Below, one piece after another: positions 55,891 to 64,000 of a stretch of 64,000 nt of DNA. The stretch covers positions 15,066,001 to 15,130,000 of the forward strand of contig OX597835.1 in NCBI GenBank assembly GCA_951406725.2, written 5' to 3'. The first letter of the stretch is position 1; each line of letters opens with the position of its first letter. The notes under the pieces were generated by a model that saw only the letters and a program-made list of their open reading frames with translations, had not been told where the DNA came from and ran no database searches. The translations under genes were made by a program, and so were the position numbers. The stretch comes from Octopus vulgaris (taxonomy: Eukaryota).

Positions 55891-56215
55891 ATATATATAT
55901 AAAAGGATAACATCGATAGTTAAATATCGATATTATCAAGTGGTCAGCATGGGAATAAATACCATACAAAGGTAATAATTGTTTTTACAACTATAAATAA
56001 GGGTATCTTAGAGACATCACCATGACGAAATAGCAGTCAAAACCCTGACTCTAAAAACCACCTAAAATATTCATATCACACCATGAGATAAGACAGCGGG
56101 ACAAAATAAACTAGCAAAAAGATTTTACTGGATAATTCAAGGTCCTGGATTTCTAGCTTTGCTTCAAATAAGCTCTGCTTTCGTCAGTTGAATATACAAG
56201 ATGGGCACATATAGT

Positions 56216-56257
<42 letters not shown>

Positions 56258-56262
<5 letters not shown>

Positions 56263-56488
56263 CTTTATTGCCCACAAGGGGCAAAACATAGAGGGGACAA
56301 ACAAGGACAGAAAAAGGGATTAAGTAGATTACATCGACCCCAGTGCGTAACTGGTACTTTATTTATCGACCCCGAAAGGATGAAAGGCAAAGTCGACCTC
56401 GGCGGAATTTGAACTCAGAACGTAGCGAGAGACGAAATACTGCTGAGCATTTCGCCCGGCGTGCTAACGTTTCTGCCAGCTCGCCGCC
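56258..56488 (-). mobile_element. SINE family C monomer, full length
   Basis: Complete from head to tail. Confidence 0.9.
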
Positions 56489-56506
56489 TTATATATGTAT
56501 ATATGT

Positions 56507-56785
56507 TTGTTCCTTCTCGAGCCATTCCTGGATCATTAGAGCCGGTTTCCCGGTTTCCTTCGCGTATAGGTTCCCCACCTGGACGGGACGCCGGTCCGTC
56601 GCAGGTGAGCTGCAGGATGCAGGAGGAAAGAATGAAAGTCGTAGCGAAAGAGTCAGCAGAAGTTCGCCATTACCTTCTACCAGACCCGCGTGGAGCTTAG
56701 GTGATTCGCTCATAATAAACACATACATCGCCCGCTCTGAAATTCGAACCTGCGATCTCTCGACCACTAGGCCATGCGCCTCCAC
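56507..56785 (-). mobile_element. SINE with a B-like head and E-type tail
   Basis: GGTTCGAATTTC B box; CCTGCGACGGACCGGCGTCCCGTCCAGG block. Confidence 0.75.
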
Positions 56786-56837
56786 ACACACACACACACA
56801 CACACATACACACACACATGTGTGTGTGTATACGTAG

Positions 56838-57025
56838 AGGTGAAGACTCCCTTGGGTCATAAACGACCATGGGATTGCACCTAGAAATTTCCCTTCCGAG
56901 GCACAAGTCCGGGCAAGGTTGTTTATGGAAGACCAACAGTTACCCATGCATACCAGCCTCCTCTCTCCACACCACTGATGTTATCCAAGGGAAAGGCAAA
57001 GGGGCCGATACAGCTTGGCACCAGT
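56838..57025 (-). mobile_element. SINE family D, 3' part
   Basis: Matches 36100-36285. Confidence 0.85.
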
Positions 57026-57156
57026 TGTTTTTGTAGACAAACTTTCATGTGCTTTTACTGTGAATGGTTTTTTTAAGCAGTGTCGATTTTTACAAATCTG
57101 TAAATAATAATAATAATAATAATAGTAATAATATTTTATAAGCTTAAAGCTTGTAT

Positions 57157-57200
<44 letters not shown>

Positions 57201-57450
57201 AAGAAGTAAAAGGGATTAATAAATCGAGACAGATATCTACAAAGCACTCAGTGTTAAAGGAATTTGGTTAACTTTAATCCAAAAATTAGATACCAATAAA
57301 TACAATAGACAGCCATAATTAATTCTTCGTGTCTGGTCTGATGAGTAAATTCAAATATTACTTAGAAGAATGTCATGAAATTCGGAGGGTAAGACAAGAA
57401 TAAGAATAGAGAAACTCACATCTTTAATTGGTGAATATACCAAACACACA

Positions 57451-57836
57451 GGAGGCGCAATGGCCCAGTGGTTAGGGCAGCGGACTCGCGGTCGTAGGAT
57501 CGCGGTTTCGATTCCCAGACCGGGCGTTGTGAGTGTTTATTGAGCGAAAACACCTAAAAGCTCCACGAGGCTCCGGCAGGGGATGGTGGTGATCCCTGCT
57601 GTACTCTTTCGCCACAACTTTCTCTCGCTCTTTCTTCCTGTTTCTGTTGTACCTGTATTTCAAAGGGCCGGCCTTGTCACTCTCTGTGTCACGCTGAATA
57701 TCCCCGAGAACTACGTTAAGGGTACACGTGTCTGTGGAGTGCTCAGCCACTTACACGTTAATTTCACGAGCAGGCTGTTCCGTTGATCGGATCAACCGGA
57801 ACCCTCGTCGTCGTAACCGACGGAGTGCTGCCATCC
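57451..57836 (+). mobile_element. SINE family B with 12-bp TSD
   Basis: TSD ATACCAAACACA at 57437-57448 and 57837-57848. Confidence 0.93.
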
Positions 57837-58215
57837 ATACCAAACACATGTGTGTGTATGTGTGTGCGTGCGTGTCTATGTGTTTTTTTTTTGGGGGGGG
57901 TCCCCCACCATCGCTTGACAACCGGTGTTGGTTTGTTGTTTATGTCTCGTAACTTAGGAGTTCGGCAAACGAGACAGAGAACAATGTACCTGACTTTTAG
58001 AAAATAAGTACTGGGATATATTCGTTCGGCTAAAACCCTTCAAGGTAGGACTCTAGCATGGCCACAGCCCTATAACTGAAACACGTAAAGGATAAAAAAA
58101 AATTAAAACGAAATTTTATACCCCTAAAGTTAGAACCATCACCCACCCACCTCCACCATCACTCCCACCTCTCCCACCACCACCACATCTACAACCACTC
58201 CTAAAACTATCTACC

Positions 58216-58374
58216 TATTTCTTTATTACCCACAAGGGGCTAAACATAGAGGGGACAAACAAGGACAGACATAGGTTTTAAGTCGATTACATCGACCCCA
58301 GTGCGTAACTGGTACTTAATTTATCGACCCCGAAAGGATGAAAGGTAAAGTCGACCTCGGCGGAATTTGAACTC
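58216..58374 (-). mobile_element. SINE family C, 5'-truncated
   Basis: Family C body inside a CAC-rich tract. Confidence 0.88.
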
Positions 58375-58747
58375 TACCACCAAAACAACCACTTCCAGTA
58401 TCACATCTACCACCAAACTGCACCACCACCACCCACCGCCGCCACCACCACCAGCAGCTTCACCACTACCACCATCGCCCCCACCTCTACCACGACTACC
58501 AGAAACATTACCCACTTTTCATTAGCTACGTTAAAAGTACTCCTACTGTTTTAAACGTTACAAAATGACTTCCATTCGAAGAAACAATATATTGTCTTTT
58601 ACAAAACAAAGCCATTGTTACTTGCATTATTTGTTTTCAAATATGTAAATATACTCGGAGAATTATTTAATAAATATTTGGACGACACACAAATACAGCT
58701 CTTTTGTTTTATATCTATATATCTATATCTATCTATCTATCTATATA

Positions 58748-58782
<35 letters not shown>

Positions 58783-58783
58783 T

Positions 58784-58845
<62 letters not shown>

Positions 58846-59131
58846 CTATGGTAGAAGGGGAATTGCCTTTTTTTTTAATATTCGCATATATATATGTGTG
58901 TGCATGAGTGTGTGCGTGCGTGCGTACATGTATGTGTGTGTGTGTGTTATAAATTTTAATTTAAATTTGGTACATTTATCGAATATATTTCACTAGAAAT
59001 ACAGAGACAAACGTACACACACACACACAGACACTTATATACATACGTATATATCTATACTTATGAACATATACATGTGTTTATATATGAATTCATATAG
59101 ACCTATATATATATGTATATAAGCACACACT

Positions 59132-59182
<51 letters not shown>

Positions 59183-59222
59183 TATATATATGTATGTACA
59201 TTCTTACATAAGTTATGTATGC

Positions 59223-59268
<46 letters not shown>

Positions 59269-59395
59269 GCATACATAACTTATGTAAGAATGTACATACA
59301 TACGCACAGCCATATATATATATATATATATATACTACACCGTGATATAAATACTCACTCACACACACATATATATATATGCACATACACACACA

Positions 59396-59436
<41 letters not shown>

Positions 59437-60132
59437 ATTCAAGTCGATATAGAATTCTAATGTAGTGTCAGCCTTCTTGTCGATTTTAATTTCAAAGTTT
59501 TTCATTTTTAACTCTGACAAATCAATACCAGAATATATCTATATAGAATAATAGATTAGAATTAATAGGTGAGTTGATAATTTTGTCTAATATATCGATA
59601 TAACCAGACGATGAGTTCATGGCCATTGTACATTCACTGCCGCTTTATAAATCAAAACCAATGTGTGTCTTGGAGTGAACAGAAGACTTGTGCGACAATT
59701 CTTTGATTGAAATATTACTTATAGACGAATTTCTGATTTTAGCGAGACAAGTAATAACGTGCCGAGACCTTAAGACCTTGTTTATTACACATAACCGCTT
59801 TGATTTAACAATCTGAAAAGTATTTCTACCTAAGTATAAAATCGAAAATTTCGATTTTATACAGAGATAGAAAATCAAAATAGTGCACAGATCCTGTAAT
59901 AATTCTTTCAAATTTTGCAGTAGGTTTAAGGGGTGGGGATAGGTGGAGATTGACCCCGGTGTTCACAACGTATCTATTTTATCGAACGTGAAATGATAGA
60001 ATGTGAGGTCGACACCAATAGAATTTGAATTGGGAATATAAAAGGAAAAGAAGAAATGCGGATGAGCGTTTTGCCCGACGCGTTTGCGATTCTTATTTCT
60101 TTATTGCCCACAAGGGGCTAAACATAGAGGGG

Positions 60133-60422
60133 ACCCAGGTTCGAAATTTCCCCCAAGACTCCTGAAGAAGGCTTGGCGGGTATATCAGCCGAAACGTATT
60201 GACAGCAAACAAGCTCTTTACTCTTTTTACTTGTTTCAGTCATTTGACTGCGGCCATGCTGGAGCACCGCCTTTAGTCGATCAAATCGACCCCGGAACTT
60301 ATTCTTTGTAAGCCCAGTACTTATTCTATCCGTCTCTTTTGCCGAACCGCTAAGTTACGGGGACGTAAACACACCAGCATCGGTTGTCAGGCAATGCTAG
60401 GGGGACAAACGCAGACATACAA

Positions 60423-60453
<31 letters not shown>

Positions 60454-60650
60454 CATATATACGACATGCTTCTTTCAGTTTCCGTCTACCAAATCCACTC
60501 ACAAGGCATTGGTCGGCCCGGGGCTATAGCAGAAGACACTTGCCCAAGATGCCACGCAGTGGGACTGATCCCGGAACCATGTGGTTGGTAAGCAAGCTAC
60601 TTACCACACAGCCACTCCTGAAGACAAATATTGTCGAATGTAAATAATGT
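60133..60650 (+). mobile_element. fragment of the hammerhead-bearing SINE, split by a SINE A
   Basis: CTGAAGA A GGCT...AGCC GAAA CG T A at 60162-60198; resumes as GAAGACAAATATTGTCGAATGTAAATAATGT at 60620; homologous to 61660-61775. Confidence 0.7.
60214..60620 (-). mobile_element. SINE family A
   Basis: Full reverse copy. Confidence 0.92.
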
Positions 60651-61451
60651 GTAGTGGAAGATATTTGCCCATGTTGCCCAGCAGTGGAAGTGAACCAGAA
60701 ACCACGTTTGTAGCAACAGGAGTTTAACAGCACAGCCATGCTTGCATCGTGTATTAGCTTAAGAAAACACTTCTTGGTCCTTTGTATTCCCGAATACATT
60801 TAATGGTAAGCTTCATTGAAAGTGCCAGACGATGCATACAATTTCTCTCTCTCTCTCTTTTTCCTTCTTTCTTTCTCTCTCTCTCTCACTCTCTCACTCT
60901 TTCTCTCTCTCTGTGAATGCGTGTGCCACATTCTGGCATAGAAGCAAAAGAAGGAGGCATTTGAAACTGGACTACATTTGACCATCGGTCAATTTAATCA
61001 GATGTGATTTGAGCCAAAACCGTCGACAGGCAAAAAAAACAAATTGGACAATGAATGTAAAGGCGATCATTAAAGATGTCTGATATCTCTACATTTTGCA
61101 GCCAGAATCTTATTTTTAACCTAGCATCGTTTATATTACACAGAGTACAAACGAGCATGGTTCGGTGGTTAAGGGTGCTGACCTCATGATCGCAAGATCG
61201 TGATTTCGATTTCCCGACTGGGTGGTACGCTCAAATTATTTAGCAAATCCTTTCATTTTCATGTTGTTCGAGTCCAGTCAGCTAAAAGTGATTACCATCA
61301 ACAGCTAGGGAGCTTAACCCTGTAATGGACTGGCGATCCATCCTGGTGGGGAGTGGTATCGTAATTTCTTAGTCGATTATACATCACGGAAACCAGGCCC
61401 ATTTATATAATCCACGCCACAGAACTCACAGAGAAATCCATAAGTATAACC

Positions 61452-61524
61452 ACGGGCATATAGCGTAGTGGTTAAGAGCGCGGGCTACTAACACCAAGAG
61501 TCCGAGTTCGATTCCGGGCAGAGA

Positions 61525-61611
<87 letters not shown>

Positions 61612-61808
61612 CAACAACAACAACAACAACAGCAACATCGAAAAATATCTTAGGAATGAGAACCCCTGTTCGAAATTTTCCCCAAGACACCTAATGAAGC
61701 TGGAGGGTATATCAGCTGAAACGTTGTGTTAATAAAGAAGATGAGGACAAATATCCGTCAAATGTAAATAATGTACATAGTTCCTCATCTCTTTAATATA
61801 GGACTGTA
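61452..61808 (+). mobile_element. tRNA-headed SINE carrying a hammerhead motif (61686-61730)
   Basis: A box TAGCGTAGTGG, B box GAGTTCGATTCC, (AAT)n(AAC)n spacer, GACAC CTAATGA AGCTG...CAGCT GAAA CG T T GTGTT. Confidence 0.7.
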
Positions 61809-61971
61809 TAACCAGCTTATTGCACATGGATTTTAACAACAAAATCTTATATGAACCTCCATGGTCGTGTGGACCCAGGTCGAGAACCGCTGATAGAGAC
61901 CATTCTACTACGTTAATAAATAAGATAACTCTCTGAAATCTTTGTCTGAGAGTCCTAGTTTATGAACAACA

Positions 61972-62572
61972 TGGATGGAAGTACTCCGTCGGTTACGACG
62001 ATGAGGGTTCCGGTTGATCCGATCAACGAAACAGCCTGCTCGTGAAATTAACGTGTAAGTGGCTGAGCACTCCACAGACACGTGTACCCTTAACGTAGTT
62101 CTCGGGGATATTCAGCGTGACACAGAGAGTGACAAGGCCGGCCCCTTGAAATACAGGTACAACAGAAACAGGAAGTAAGAGTGAGAGAAAGTTGTGGTGA
62201 AAGAGTACAGCAGGGATCACCACCATCCCCTGCCGGAGCCTCGTGGAGCTTTTTAGGTGTTTTCGCTCAATAAACACTCACAACGCCCGGTCTGAGAATC
62301 GAAACCGCGATCCTATGATATTCAGTGTGACACAGAGAGTGACAAGGCCGGCCCCTTGAAATACAGGTACAACAGAAACAGGAAGTAAGAGTGAGAGAAA
62401 GTTGTGGTGAAAGAGTACAGCAGGGATCACCACCATCCCCTGCCGGAGCCTCGTGGAGCTTTTTTAGGTGTTTTCGCTCAATAAACACTCACAACGCCCG
62501 GTCTGGGAATCGAAACCGCGATCCTATGACCGCGAGTCCGCTGCCCTAACCACTGGGTCATTGCGCCTCCAC
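61972..62572 (-). mobile_element. SINE family B with a ~210-bp internal tandem duplication and 11-bp TSD
   Basis: TSD TATGAACAACA at 61961-61971 and 62573-62583. Confidence 0.93.
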
Positions 62573-63647
62573 TATGAACAACAAACAACCATTTAAAAAG
62601 TCAGTATTAAAGACGTAAAATCACATCAAACATCGACTACGTTTATAGATAAATCTCCGAAATTCTACTGCATATGTTTTAAGTTTACGTTCAGGAAGAG
62701 TAAACAATCGTTTAGAGAGTCATGCAACAATCCCGTCATTGAATCAGTGTACACTAATAATCAGGGGGGAAAGAGACAGGGGAAAAAAAACAGCTTCCTA
62801 TGTATATTTTTTCTTTGTTTAACCGAGATGAAAAGATGGCAGACAAATCGGATAATTTAGCGCAACAATGGCGACTGAATACCATCCTAACAATACAACT
62901 GGTCAAGTGATCCGCTTTTGGTGGTAATATTAACCATTTTCTTATATTATTATTATCACTATTACTATCGTTGTTGTTGTTGTTGTTATTTTTCATCATC
63001 AAAATGAATTAAAGCGATGATTATTCTGGGTGAAATGTGCGTAGGTTGCTCTGGAAAAAAAATACAATAACAACAATCAGATTTATGTCTAAAAGAAGCT
63101 TTTAAAAATATTGTTTTATAGTTTAGTAGTGTAAACGTTTAAACATTTTGTTAGACGTTGGGAGAGAGAAAGAGAGAGACGGAGGGGGGGGGAGAGAGAA
63201 AAAAAACGTCAATGCAATCCAGAGTGTTGTGTCAGCTAATCTATCGAAAACATTGCAAATCTTTTGTTGTTAGTTTTTACTGGAGGCGACATGGCTCTGC
63301 GATACATTCTGCCAGAACAAAGGGAGGCTATACACCTATTGAGAATCAAACTATGAAGAATTAAATGGTGTATAAATGTTATCTATTGAATAAATCCTTG
63401 TAGTATTTTCAGAAATAAAATATATATATGTTTTTTTTTTAATTTCATTTTTTTTTTTGTTCCTTTATACAACATAGCTTAAACCATAGCATTAAGTATG
63501 GATTTATGATTGAATGCAAAGAGTGTATGTCATAATAAGAAGAAAAAACAAACTATAAAGCATGAAGGAAGGGAGGAAGGAACGAACGAACGGACGAACG
63601 GAAAGAAAGAGTGCGAATGAGAGAAAAAAGATAATTGTAAATAAATT

Positions 63648-63984
63648 GAGACCCCCTTCGGTTATGACTGACCATGGGATTGCACCTAGAAAGTTACCCT
63701 CCTAGGGCAGATCCGGCCAAGGTTGTTTATGGAAGACCAGCAGTCATTCATGCATACCAGCCCCCGCTCTCCACGCCATTGATGTTACCCAAGGGAAAGG
63801 CAAAGGGGCCGATGCAGTTTGGCCCCAGTGACGTCGGAATTTATTTCTACAGATGAGTGAACTGGAGCAACGTGAAATAAAGGGTCTTGCTCAAGAACAC
63901 AACACGTAGCCCCGTCCGGGATTCGAACTCACAACCTCACGATCGTAAGCTCGACGCTCTAACTACTGAGCCATGCGCCTTCAC
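63648..63984 (-). mobile_element. SINE family D
   Basis: Full copy matching 36100-36432. Confidence 0.9.
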
Positions 63985-64000
63985 TTGTAAACAAATAATC

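Noticed and set aside
57338-57370. CTGATGA followed by a GTAA/TTAC stem
   Set aside because: No GAAA or stems I and III follow, so it is not a supportable hammerhead.
61454-61527. Functional tRNA genes here, at 9126 and in SINE heads
   Set aside because: Cloverleaf stems are broken and the sequences run on into repeat bodies.

Overview
This is an AT-rich, microsatellite-saturated animal genomic window. The SINE families and repeat landscape suggest an octopus or other coleoid cephalopod (inference from recall, not checked). I found no intact protein-coding gene: nearly all listed ORFs are translations of simple repeats or SINEs. The window holds dozens of tRNA-derived SINEs from about five families (labelled A-E here), decayed LINE fragments (RTE-like, R4/Dong-like, Tx1-like), an internally deleted mariner, hAT-like and Merlin-like MITEs, and a decayed Helitron whose N-terminal peptide repeat was amplified after it died. 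Two candidate non-coding exons lie on the minus strand, followed by a pri-miRNA-like hairpin. The most striking signal is about 9 loci with minimal type I hammerhead ribozyme motifs, two of them with a compensatory U3-A8 core. They sit in short Penelope-like elements, in fold-back palindromes inserted in (TA)n tracts, and in a tRNA-headed SINE. All alignments and folds were done by eye, so boundaries are approximate except where TSDs or TIRs fix them.
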